In this document: positions 32,348-45,000 of the stretch, piece by piece
Layout of the letters: each line of letters begins with the position of its first letter
How positions within the stretch are numbered: the first letter of the stretch is position 1
From: Catajapyx aquilonaris
Taxonomy: Eukaryota
DNA: 64,000 nucleotides
Direction: 5' to 3'
NCBI GenBank assembly: GCA_000934665.2
Contig: KZ538118.1
Span: 1-64,000, forward strand
The notes under the pieces: generated by a model
Told to the model about the DNA's origin: nothing
Database searches by the model: none
The model's input: the letters and a program-made list of their open reading frames with translations, nothing else
Translations under genes and position numbers: made by a program

Positions 32348-35300
32348 ACAGTGAAAATCCATCCAGTTTTTACACATTTTCATTTAAAGAAAAAAAAAAA
32401 GTCCTGTCGAATTGAAAAATGTCTCCGGAGCCTTTCATTAGCGCAGTACACGCCCAAAAAAGTGGACTGCTCCAAACCTGTTAAGTGCTAAAAGGTAGCA
32501 AATATTTAATTTCCCCCTTCCCATCTAGCACTTGTATCCTATCACGAGTACAAACCCTTCTAACCCCCCTACATATTGGTCACACATGTACATTTTAAAA
32601 AAACAACACCAACACTCAATAAATTAAGCACATTTCTTATACACGTCTCCTAGTTATTTTCGCCCCCACTATTTCTTCTCCGATAAGGAATCCCTATGTC
32701 AACACCAAGACTGGGATGAGCTTCAAAAGATGGTGGCATGACACAAGTCCTCTCTTTCCTGCCAAAGATAATAGACTAGACTAGACTGCTAAGTAGCCCA
32801 GTTGGAGAGCATTTGGAAAAAAACTAGGAAGTAACATATTTCACTGTAATTCTTAGGTAACAACCATGGCCTAATCAGAAGCCTGTGGCACGGTTCCAAT
32901 AGTCCAACAAAGACTCGGAAATTGAGTCTAGCGCATCAAAAATGGCCGCTTGAATCAGACCCATTTGTCGAAAATGAAAGGTCACTAAAAGGTCGTAAAG
33001 GCCATGCGTCTTGTTCCCGCCTTAGTTTCGACCGCGTCCCGGAAGATGTCAGACGCGTCTTTAGAGGCGTTGGCGGGACAGAAACGCGAGAGAGGATGGA
33101 TTTTGGGATTCCACGCCATATTTGGTTGAGGGCATGAGGTGACGTCGAAAAGGAAGGAGGAGCCACTTCTGGGTTTCGGAGCCAAATACTGCTCCTGCCT
33201 GCCTTTAGTCCTCCTATAAATATAGATCTGAGTCAAAGGGATGGGAGACGGTTTGCAGTGCGTCACATTTCATGATAGCGAGGCTACGTGAAAAGGTGTC
33301 ATATCTTTCTGAGCGATGCCAGCAAAATCCGCTCTAATCGGACAAGCATGATCCGATTTTCAGAGATTAATTCAGTGAGAGTGTACCTGAGTCGTAGTTG
33401 GAGGATTACCATGGATAAATGGTGCATGACAGCGAATCTCATTGGGTCAATATGGATTAATCGCTGAACACTTTCCCTGCTGCTATTAGGGTATGGGACA
33501 AATCCGGGGGGATTCTTTAACAAAAGTAGGCTTTTAACGGATGAATTTGCAATTGTTAAACTGCGTGAAATGCCAGGCGGCGGTAAAGTGACCTGATTTG
33601 TTCAACCGGGAGGATTTCCGCATTTTTAAACTCTGGCTGGTACTGAATCCCGATAGATGGCAGGCTCTTGCTCTGGTAGCAAGTAAGAAACGTTAGACAT
33701 CAGGTAGCCTTTTAGATTAAATATTTTACAGTCACGATTTTCAGCATTTAAAATTTCATATCTCCCAAGGGAAGTTAATACAAAACATTAACATTTCTCC
33801 TCAGAAACATTATTTATTTTCCAGTAAATGATAGTCAGACAGACTCTGCAAACCTTAGGCAATCTTGTTAAACGTTGCAGGGTCGTAGTTTGAATACGGG
33901 ATGGGGTTTGATTAACTATTCCCGTGCTGACATTCCACTGACGTCTAGGTTCAATTTCCAGCCCTTAGATGTGGCAAACCCTTCCTTTCTAAGGGCAAGG
34001 TTATTGCGCCACAAATTTCATTCTGTCATTGGCAATTCCGTTGGAGGAAGAAAATGACATCGTTACTTCCAGGTTTATTAAGATTCATTGCTTGCAGTTC
34101 ACGACGCACTTCATTGCACACATGTCGCCCGATAAAAAGTTGCTTTTATATACAGTAAAATAAAAAATGGTTAATTTTTGTGAAAACATGCAAAATTCCT
34201 AAGCCTTGTAGCATGTATAATTACACGCTCGATTACGAAACGAAGTTATCAACTGGGCTATGTTTAATTAGTCTGGAATTGTCTAACCGAGTGCGGTTTT
34301 ACTCCGAGAGCGTATAAAGTGGATAATTGTCTTGGACTAGCGCCAGGGTTGGGATTTAAAAAAGAAAAAAAGCGGGCGATAAAAACCTCGGGAAGAAGTG
34401 TCCCAGATTTAGCTAGTGTCCCAGGCCAAAAAGTTTCTTGGGTGAAGTCGTTTCTGATTTCTGTTAGGACACCTTTGTCATTTTTCTCAGCCAAAATCTG
34501 TAGGATGGAACATGGCCAGGACAAGCGCCAGGACTCGGTGACAATAAAAGGATAGTCATGTCTCCAGCAGAAACTGACTCGAGAGAACTGAGCATATGCA
34601 AAAAGGGATTTGATGAGTTGGGAGTTTCCGCTGCAGTTTTTCACTCCTTTAAATTTAGAATATGGTGCTTTAAAATCTGGCATGGAGAGTTAACCAACCA
34701 AGGAAACAACTGCATTAAAGTGCGCCTGAAATGATTTATGCCAAGCATATTTTCAGGAAGTGTCTGCACTTTCAGTAGTTTGCCTCAGATTAATAGGCGC
34801 TGGCTGTAATATGATAACCGCAGTGCATTTCTACATATGGCAAAAACCATATAATGTAAGTGTGCCAAGGAGTCTATCCTACAAGTTTGTCCTAATTATT
34901 CACCATGTATTTGTATTTCGAGCGACGATCCTGATGACGCCTTATGACTTGTGAAAATGTTACCGAACCGAAGTGTGTCATCCCTTCAAAAATGGGCACC
35001 CATGTTGGGTCACATCAGGGCAAAGAGCCCAGAATCTAGCGTGGGAGTGAATTGCACATTTCTAGACCAACCATCCTCCGCACTTGGAAGACCTTGGTTT
35101 TGAGAAACCTCTGTTACCATCCAATTGGGACGGTTATTCCACCCCCCAGTGTTTTTTTTTTTTCTCTTGGCATCTTCTTTTGGACCTTTTCCCCTTCTTG
35201 TCGCGTAAATCCAAATGAGCCAAAAACCCGACTTACGAAACTAATATGCATCTTCTCCAAATAGAGCTATAATGTACCTGATTGAATGTCAAGAGATGCA

Positions 35301-35923
35301 CCTTCAAGTGCCCTTTCTTGTATTTGCCCCAGCATGAAAGACTGTTTTCTTTCACTTTCCAACTCATCGTTTATTTCACGTCAATCTTGCGGTTAAGCAA
35401 ACTGGGGAAGAAAAGAGTGAAGAGAAGGAAAAAAAATCTGCTTTTTCACATTACGAAACGAGATTGCTTGCTTTAGCGAAGTATTCTGGGTGAAATCTAT
35501 TTCTAGTCGAGGACATGCATATGTTCTGTCGAACTATGCATTTCGGATAGGCATGCACTTTGCAACGACCAAATCTCACATGTTAAATGATTATAAAATT
35601 TCTGTGCAAGCCTGATTATTTTTAAATTGTTACTTACAGGCTACACGATCCTTTTAAAGTAGTGTCAGTACTATTAAAAGGTCAAATGCAGCAATCACTG
35701 ACAAAACTCTTCCAGTCCGCCCCATGTTTTCTCCGAAGGCATCTTGGGAATCCGACAAACGTCTTCAACATTTGTGGCCTTCCTGGCCTCCCTGGCTTAC
35801 AAGAATGCCGTAAATCAGGGGACCAAGTGAATCGCTTGTTTCCGCCGCCACCCTGCATTTAAATTGCACTAAACGGAAATGTTTTCCCCCATTTTTCTTA
35901 TTTTCATTCACTCTCGAATAGTA

Positions 35924-36085
35924 CAGTACTGGCCAATAATCGAGGCAACGACTAGCGACATTTTCCCGAAGCGGCAGAAGAAGGAATCGTGCTCGCCCGG
36001 CTTCTAGCATGCTTATCTTCGATTCCTTCTTCTGCCGCTTCGGGAAAATGTCGCTAGTCGTTGCCTCGATTATTGGCCAGTACTG
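35924..36085. mobile_element. Young Tc1/mariner/pogo-type MITE
   Basis: Perfect 66-bp TIRs beginning cagtactggccaataatcgagg, a 30-bp spacer, and TA on both flanks. Confidence 0.85.
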
Positions 36086-39000
36086 TACCAGTTGTAAATG
36101 TTGTGTATTTCATACACCAGATGTTCCCATATTGAAAGCCTGGTTCTAAAATTGCAAAAAAGTGCAAAAATTATTTTTGAAAATTAATAATTGATTTTTC
36201 AGTTTCATAATTTTTCAATTAATTTGTGGTTTTATTCATTTTTCGACAATCACTTCAGTCTAGAATTCAACAAATGTTATTGAATAGATAAGAAAGCTTC
36301 GAGAATTACAAAAACATATTATTTCGATCAAAAGTGATCTGGTTGAAATGTGTGCCAAACATTTCCACACTTTTGACCCTAATTGTCCTAGCACCACAAT
36401 GACGTAGCAAGTTTCCTAAGAGGGTGCAGGAAACTCTTAACATTTTTCCGCCCTACACATACTGAGTATAAATAGAGTGTCACATATGCATTATTTCAAC
36501 GTCCGCCCTCTTTCGCCATTTCCCCAAGGATTTGGGTGTAGGACGTCTCCTGCCAACTTCTCCTCAAAGATTTGTTTGATTCTCTCGACCCCTGCAAGCT
36601 CATTATGCCTCCAAAAGACTATTTCTAGAAACGTCTCGTCTCCTGCCATGTGTCACCCCCCCCCCCTCACCGTCTTTTCCCCCAAAAAAGAAATGTCTGG
36701 TAGGAACGAAGGTGGAAAAAGGACCTAGCTTTTTCTTGGCAACCTCCAAGGAAGGAAGGGGTCATAAATGGCGGCCTTGCGAGGCTTATTTACTTCGCTT
36801 TACTGCCACTACTTCCAGCCAGGTTTTTTCTTATTTATTGTCAACACCTGCTTACTCTTTACCGTGGTTATGTCACCTCACTTCGGATCCAGAGAGATGT
36901 AATGTCATGTGGGAGTCGTTACTTGTATAAATATCATAATTCAAAAGACCGATCAGTATTCCAGGCAATTTGTCTGCACTTTATCCTGCACTTTATGAAA
37001 GAGTGTTTCGCGTGGCTTTAAGGAACCGTGTAATGTCATCATTATTGCAATTTCTGCTTTGTGAATATTTTACATTGTTGGTCGCAACAGCCGCGTGGAA
37101 TGAGACTTAATGGATCTAAAGTAAGACTGGAGTGTGCTCAGGTGCATTGCAGTATATTAAATCAGCCAGGTATTAAAGTAGCCTACAAGAGTCTCACCTA
37201 GTATTTCATGGCATTCTAGTAGAAAATGGAAAATTTTGCTGAATTTAACTTAGTGCGAGTAATGCACCATATCCAAATGAAAACTTATATTCTGAAAAGG
37301 GTTTGACGTATAACAGTTCATATTGTTGCATAATATGTACTTCGCAAGTATGCACCACTGCATTTAACTGAACATAAGTCCCGCAATATTACCACCTTCT
37401 AGTCAGCAAAAATTGGCATGCAAGAGGGTCAAACTGAAATGGCAACAACCCATAGCCAATTTGCAGCCGAGGAATATTTTAGGAAGGAATTGGCAACAAG
37501 CACAGGCGCATGCCCTTGACATAACATCTAACTGCATGTAAGTGTGCAGATAGAGAAATGAATACAGGGGGGGGGGGTCCATTATATTTCTGTCAGTTTC
37601 ACCCAAAAAATGTGTGCACTTCATTGAAACTGTAGTAATTGCTTCATTGTGGATCTTTTAATGAGTTTTAATGAGAGCCCAAAGTCAATATACTTTTTGT
37701 CATGAGAGGTAGTGTGAACATGAACATTCTCTGGAAGCATCACGTCATTGCAACAATCCCTTCTGCTGCATGGGGGATCGACATGCAATTAGAGTGATCC
37801 AGAATCCCTCTTCCTACGCCCAATTCCAATTCCATGACAAAGCCGTAGACGCGAGGAAAAGACTTTCCCCGTGAGTCAGTGGTAGATTTAGCCGAAACGA
37901 GTCCCGATTTAGACACCCCCTCTCTCTTGCTGGCTCCTTTCTTCCCTTCCAGCATCCGATGCAAAAGAGTGAGCCAAAAGCATCCGCCCTCGCTCTGATT
38001 CAAGGCTTCAACCATGCTTCACCATCTCTCAAACATTTTTTTTTCTCCCCACGGACCAACACTCGTCGCAATATAATTGAGAAAGATCTATTCCGGGATG
38101 TGGCAATGATTTTTTTCTTGGCCGACATTTTGCGGCCCACCATATGCAATTTGAGTCATGGTTACTGGGTCAGATCGGCAAAAATATTTGCACTCTGTAA
38201 GTTCCTTATGCGGTTTCGATCACGGTTGGAAACACTAAAATGTCACAAATATCGATATGTCCAGAATAAGCGATATTATTGAAACATCGAGCGTGTGGCA
38301 TGAAAATTGTTTTTAAACGTGTGGGAGACCTTTTTTCGACCATGTATTTAATCCAGGGTCGGCAAAGGTTTTCCCCCAATAGGCCCATCGAGTTTGCGGG
38401 GGGGGATTCATGCGGCAGAAAACAAGCCCTCAATTTGGGTGTAATTACCACGCACTCTCTCCCCGGGGGCATGGGTTGGCTTAGAGGAATTAGTATTCAC
38501 TCAGGAGCGACTCAATTGCGCTATTCGGAGGGTTCTTCTCTCAATTTGTTCCGGGCTCAAATGGGGGGTAGAGGGCGCCTGAGTTACACACTAATTGCGT
38601 TGCGTCTCCTAACAGTTATGGTGGCATTCGGATGGTGGAGTCTCTGTCGCTGAGATTGTCGTTGTGTAATGACGTCGACGATGTTCCATGGTGAACTCCT
38701 GTAGAAATGTCATTTGGTCTCTGCTGTCGTGACGCACGGAATAATTAGCATTAATACTGTTTGACAAGTAACTAGGGTGAATATAGACCAAATCATATAA
38801 GTTCACGGTGTCGTACTTCATGCTTGCGGCATTATTGCGTCGTACCTATACATCCGGATGTGGAAGCCAGAAAAATAGTTAAAAGTTCGAGGAAATGTTC
38901 CTGTAGATATTTCGAGATCAACATGAGATTTGGGTCACGTTGTTATGCTACGGAATAAAGTTTTCATCTTGTGACCCTGGGATCGGCTTTCAGTAAGGAA

Positions 39001-40982
39001 ACCTTATTCTGTGAACAGAGTACCTGAAAATAAACTTTGATATACACGCACATGCCAGTTTCCAAGAAAGCAAAACAACTAATTTCATAAGAGCATATTG
39101 CTTCCAGTGTTTCACAATACTTCTGCTTATTCGCCGAACAGCAAGACGTAATTAGGTAATAATTTAATATGGAAGTTTTTCAAGTTGTACAAGTACTGCA
39201 TTTCCTAAAAATATTTCAAGAAACCCTGCATCATTTTGGCAATATCAGTTTCATAACATTGCGTTGAGAACGAGTAATGCTTGTTTGCGGACCAGTAGCG
39301 TTGCATATGTGAATAAATGACGTTTACATAGTGGGCAGACACACATGTAAATATGGCACAAAACTACTACAAATCACTCCTATTTCTTTAAAAAGTTACT
39401 GTACAGTTATGTCCACCCCAGTTGCATACAAGCTCCTCGTTACGATTTAAAGTCCCGCAAATATTTGACAATTTCGTGCTCAAAACGTGCTCGAGACGTG
39501 ACCAAGTTGCAGTCAAGGGACATTCGTAAAAGAGGCCAAGTGGCAAGTTAAAACTGCTGCAAACTTTTTTAAACTCAGGTAAACTCATTAGGATCCACTT
39601 TCAGTCCGGGGTTTTTCAAAGTTGAAAAGTCCTGCATCGCAATCGCACGACTTGAAAATGCTCCACAACCGCTCCAGGTAGCTTCCAATTACTCGATCAG
39701 CTCTACCAACACCCATCGATCCGACCCTGAAGAAAATTGTGCTTTTGAAGAAGATCCCCTTCCAACACTGGAAGGTGGATCAATTTGATCAAGAAAAAAG
39801 CCTCTAGCCATGGGAGGAAAAATAATAAAGATAAAAAAAGTGTGCACAAATTCGCGGCTTTTCTCAGCACCCCCCGCAGGAGCAAGATGGACTTTCAGAG
39901 TGCTTGTTGCTTTCCGTACAAGCCAAATTGATGTTGACGCTATTGTATAGGGGCGGCACAATAGAGGCCGGATCCATAAAGTACGTCACGATGTTTTCCT
40001 GGATTTTATGGACTAGCATGGTGACATTTTTTGACTAATAGCGACTTGTACGTTCGATGACGTGTTTCTAAGACACCAGGTGTATGTGGGTGGGTGGACT
40101 TTGCTAGAAAATAGCTGTGTGTGAACATTGCCGGTTGGGTCCCAAAAGCATGGTACCTCCAGCATATATGGGTGGGCGGATGGGTGGGTATGGGGTGGGG
40201 CCCCCTTTGCAGCTGCAAATGGAAGCATAGGGAGGATGATGGCGGGTCTATTTCTGGTATCCCTATGCTTTGGTGCCGTGTGCAAATCCGCCATAGACCC
40301 GGGCCAAAAAGCAAAACCTCCTGAAGAACGCTGGCTACTGCCACTCGACTTGACGTTGTGAAAGGAAGAGAGTGCTGTGTCCGTCCTACGTCCTCCCGTG
40401 TAAGTGTTCTTACCTATCACTACTGGGCTACAGTGTGTTTCAAAGAAGACCTGCTAGTGATTGTGTGGTAGGTCGCAGTACCGAGTTACCTGGACCGTTA
40501 CATACCAGGGGCTTGGCTTAGTGGCAAAGCATTTGGCGTACAGTTGGGGCAATGTACCGGTGCACCTGTTCATGTCGAAGGACAGTCCTTGACGTGACCG
40601 GAACGACCGATGTTACGTATTGCTAACAGTACAGGTTTCTGGGTTTGGAAAGCCCAAATCTCGACCTGGTAACGAGCCGTGAAATTGGTTGGAAAAACAG
40701 GGAATTAACCACTTTGCTTTAATCAGGCTCAACTTAAATGTCGAATCAATTTATAAGGCAATGTTACCAATTGTTAATCTGCAAATTTTTTAAAGTTATT
40801 TTACCTACTAATTTTAACACTTAAATACAAGGGTATGTCGTGATGGTACAATAATGATAGTATTTATGATTTCGTATAATTGTCATATCTTCTGAACTAT
40901 GACTGCTGCAAACTGTTAAAAGAAAGGCAACGTAATCCGTTTTATGGCAGTAATACGTGCAACAAGTAATTCGCACTGTAAC

Positions 40983-41135
40983 GTACTATGGGGCTCAAAT
41001 TGTTTCCGCCACTTTATCCTGGTCTTGAAGCAACCCTTCGCACAGGCCCCACGGTGAGGAAGTGTGTAGCCTATGTGTGAAGGGTTGCTTCAAGACCAGG
41101 ATAAAGTGGCGGAAACAATTTGAGCCTCATAGTAC
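40983..41135. mobile_element. Palindromic MITE in the Mlp upstream/intronic region
   Basis: gtactatggggctcaaattgtttccgccactttatcctggtcttgaagcaaccctt is mirrored at ~41080-41135 with few mismatches. Confidence 0.8.
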
Positions 41136-42088
41136 ACCTGCATATGACCAAAAAACGACAAACATAACTCCAGTTAGTTTCAAACAAACTGAAGCAAGTT
41201 GGACATGTTATTGGAGCAAAATCTGCAGGCTGTCACTCGCAACATTTTTATCTTCAGCATTTAGTCGTATAGAGTGACGTTGGTTTGGAGATGTTGAAGA
41301 AATATAGTCTCTCGTTTGTGTGTGGGAACAACCGGTAACAGGAGAGTTCAGAGGCGGGATATAGATTGCTCCTTATTCGGAGGCTGCTTCTGCGCACGTG
41401 TGTCTGGCATACTAGGCCGGTTGGAGGAACCTATTTTGGGCCCAATCTGCTATACCATCCCTTTAAAATCTACTCAACACTTCCGTGTTTTTTTAAACTT
41501 TGCAACTTCAGCACCAACATAATTTACAGACCACACGTTACATAACTAGAGAGAGAGAAAATCTGCAGTGTGATTTTCAAACAAAAAGGGCGTCTAGGAC
41601 ACGTAAACATGTTGACTATCTTGTCAGATAAGATTAGCGACAATGTCCAGAGTGACAGGTGCTACACGGGGGGGTGTTGGAGGAATTAATTTTCCACTTG
41701 AATGAAGTGTTCGTGTCATCAACTCCCACCTCTTCTGATGTAACCCGTTCTAGAGAACCCGTTTTTTTGTAGATCCTGCAGAAAAAAATAGGTCGATTGA
41801 AGTGGGCGGTTTTCTTCTAAGGAGAGACACGCTTGCTCTCACGTGTCAACCAGGTCGCAGATTTTCAATTATGTCTTTTCCAACCTAAAATTACGATTCA
41901 TGCGGAATTAAAGGCTTTAAATAACATGTCTGGGCCGACACAGATAGCTCATAATTGGGTCGTAAAAAAAGACAAGTTTTCAGAACTGCTCATAAACTGC
42001 TGGATAAGGTTGAAACGACTAGATGTTTTTTTTTCGACCTCAATTTACATTACTTTCTTGTTCTTTTCAGAGCCAATAGAGCGTCAAG

Positions 42089-45000
42089 ATGCCTTTCAAG
42101 CCCGCCGATAACCCAAAGTGCCCCAAGTGCGGCAAGTCTGTCTATGCCGCTGAGGAGAAGGTAGCCGGTGGCCACAAATGGCACAAAACGTGCTTCAAGT
42201 GCGGTAAGTGTCCTCAGAAAAATTGATGTTAGATTATTTTCTAAATAAGGTTCCTGTAGGATGAACTTAAATTTATTTTCATCATTTTTTTTCTTCTTCC
42301 CAACAGGTATGTGCAACAAGGCGCTGGACTCCACCAACTGCGCTGAGCACGAGGCCGAGCTCTTCTGCAAAAACTGCCACGCTCGTAAGTACGGCCCCAA
42401 GGGCTACGGCTTCGGCGGTGGTGCTGGCTGCCTCAGCATGGACACCGGTGCACATCTGGCATCCCAGGGCGAAGCCCCTAGGTGAGTCATTCTGACCCAT
42501 ACCGAAAGAAAAACACTCAATTTACACAAAAAAAAATGCGGATCGACTGAGCAAAAAAGATATAACTGAGACGCTCTTAAGATAAAGCGATTTAAGTTAA
42601 AGCGGTTTAAGATAAAGCGCCTTAAGATAACTCGTATTGAGATAACTCGTCTTGAGATAAAGCGTGTTAAGATAAATCGCCTTGAGGTAAAGCGTATTAC
42701 GATAAATCGTGATAAATCGGGTTAAGATGAATCGTCTTGGAATAAAGCGTCTTAATATAAAGCGATTCAACATGATTTGTGATTTATTGGTGATTTTAGC
42801 TCACATTTACACCAATATCGTCCGTATTCAACGTTAACGAATTTATATAAGGTTTTTTTGCTCAGACGTTTCGTAGTTGTTGAATATAAGGCCAGGGCAG
42901 CCTATATTATTATCATCTCTTCATCCCTTCGTGTTGTTCGGCATGGCAATGTTTGCATGTTTCAGACACCAGGGTTTTTGGTAAATTGGCACGGTCCCCC
43001 CCCCTACCCTGCACAACCANTACCCTGCACAACCAACCTTATCTACAGGCCAGTACGTTGCTCTCGGGATTGTGGGAATGCTGCCCACAGATACGCCACA
43101 TTCTGTGCTTTATCTGACTGCAACTATTTTAAATACACACGCGCACACTAATAGCATTTGCACCCACCGCAGTAAGACTTTTTAAAAAATGTCGGTTTTT
43201 TTTGAAGTGGCGTAGAAAATGGTGGAAATTCTCTTCTGAATGTGTGGTGGCGGACTTTTTGGTAGGCAAATTGGCGGGGTGCAATATTTGAGAGTATTTG
43301 ACACTCAACCGAGCGCGGGTAATTGCTATCTGCACTGTAAACCTCCAAAGGCGTGTCTGTGTGTTACAGTTGCAGTTACGAACTCCAACGTACCTATTAC
43401 AAACATTGCATTAAAGATGAGTGATTCATTATCTTACTCGGACTTTCCAAATGCAATTTCTGTTGGTAAAAAAAAAAATAATTTGCGAACATTGCGATGC
43501 TGACATGACATTTTCCCTCCCAAAGTTTAAGCATTGTGCATGACCTGCATTTTTTTCCATTTTCTTCCCCAACAGCCAATAGGCTCATCCATCTCAGTAA
43601 AGGCTGAGCCTCCTCCTCCTCCAGTTGTGTGCCGCAGCCTCGGTTTTGTCTAAATCCGGACTATAAGCGCACTTGAAGCTCAGCGGAAAGGAAAAAAAAT
43701 AAACATAAGTAACAACAAAATAATAACATCGCACAGATCACGAGTCCAATGTTTAAAAAAAAAAAGATCTTGCAGACTCGCAGTGATTGTGAGGACGTTT
43801 CTTTATACATCCAACGACCCCTTACATGAAACAAATTAGCTCCATTTTTTCTGTTTCTTAAAAAAAAGTATACCTGTGGATCCGAATAATAACCGTAGTT
43901 GGTCAATGAGGGCACTTATACATTGTCTTCTTTTTATGCCTCATCCTTTTTTGTCACATCCCTTTTTAAAACGCCCCCTCTTTACAGGCCTGCACTATTT
44001 TTTAGTAGCTAAAATTTTGTACGGCAAGTGGGCTTGGTAGAATAGGGTTAATTGGTCGCTGTCCCGAATTTTTTGAAACCCTAAAAAAAATTAAGAGGGG
44101 TGCTTAAAAATATTTTTTTTGGCCAAAGTGTCCAAGCGTTTGCGGCCATTTTTCGTCATGCTCTGCTTTTTTAATATGTCAACAACTCCTCTGCGACATA
44201 ATTTTTACACGACCACTGCCTATTCCTACAGGGCCTAATTAATTTTTTGCAAACGCTTGGCTGCTTGCGGCTCACTTTGACTAACTCCGCCTCTTTGTTT
44301 TTACCTGGTATGGGTGGCAAATTGTTTGGGGAGAGAAATATTTTTACTTGTAACACCTTGTACATTTACCCAAGCAATCTTTACCAAATAATTAGGAACT
44401 CTGGGTCAAGATGTCCAGACTGATTGCAATGCATTTAAATTTGTATACATCACCTTGCCGGTAATATTAATAAATAATAAAATAACACAATGTCACTCCA
44501 CCTGTCCAGGTAGCGCTATGACCCTGCTAAAAATATATTTAAAAAAAACAAGCATTGTGTAGTCTCAGCTTGAAACCGGTTTTTTGAAAGGAAGAGCTGT
44601 AATTTCATGTATAGTTATTGGGACAAATAAATATTTTATGTAAATGGGATTCAAATCGTCGTTCGTGTTACGTTACTTTTTTCATTTTCTTTTTTTGAAC
44701 TGGTCGACAACACACTTTTTGCAACACATACACACAGCTAATACACACTGGGCTGGGTTTTGTGAAGACCCGACCTGCACCCGGAACAAGACGTAAGTCC
44801 AAACAATGGAGACTTTTCGCTTTGTTGCTTCACGTGTCGAAGTTCGCTCTGCATGACAAGCAGCACAAAAAGCTGCCCTTTTTTCCGTTTTTGTTCACAT
44901 TTTTTTATATGTTGACCATTCTAACACCCTATACGTGCTACTACTATCGGCTGGCTGCTTTTTTGATATTTTTTAAAAATTATTGTGATGTTAAAGTCAC

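Noticed and set aside
42576..42765. Regularly spaced repeats resembling a CRISPR array
   Set aside because: These are contiguous degenerate 15-bp units with no unique spacers, inside a eukaryotic intron and with no cas genes.
43005..43035. Direct repeat taccctgcacaacca either side of an N
   Set aside because: Most likely a contig-join artefact at the ambiguous base 43020.
44768..44792. Possible extra Mlp exon ending in a GTAAGT donor
   Set aside because: The 25-nt length would shift the frame between phase-2 introns, and the acceptor is weak.
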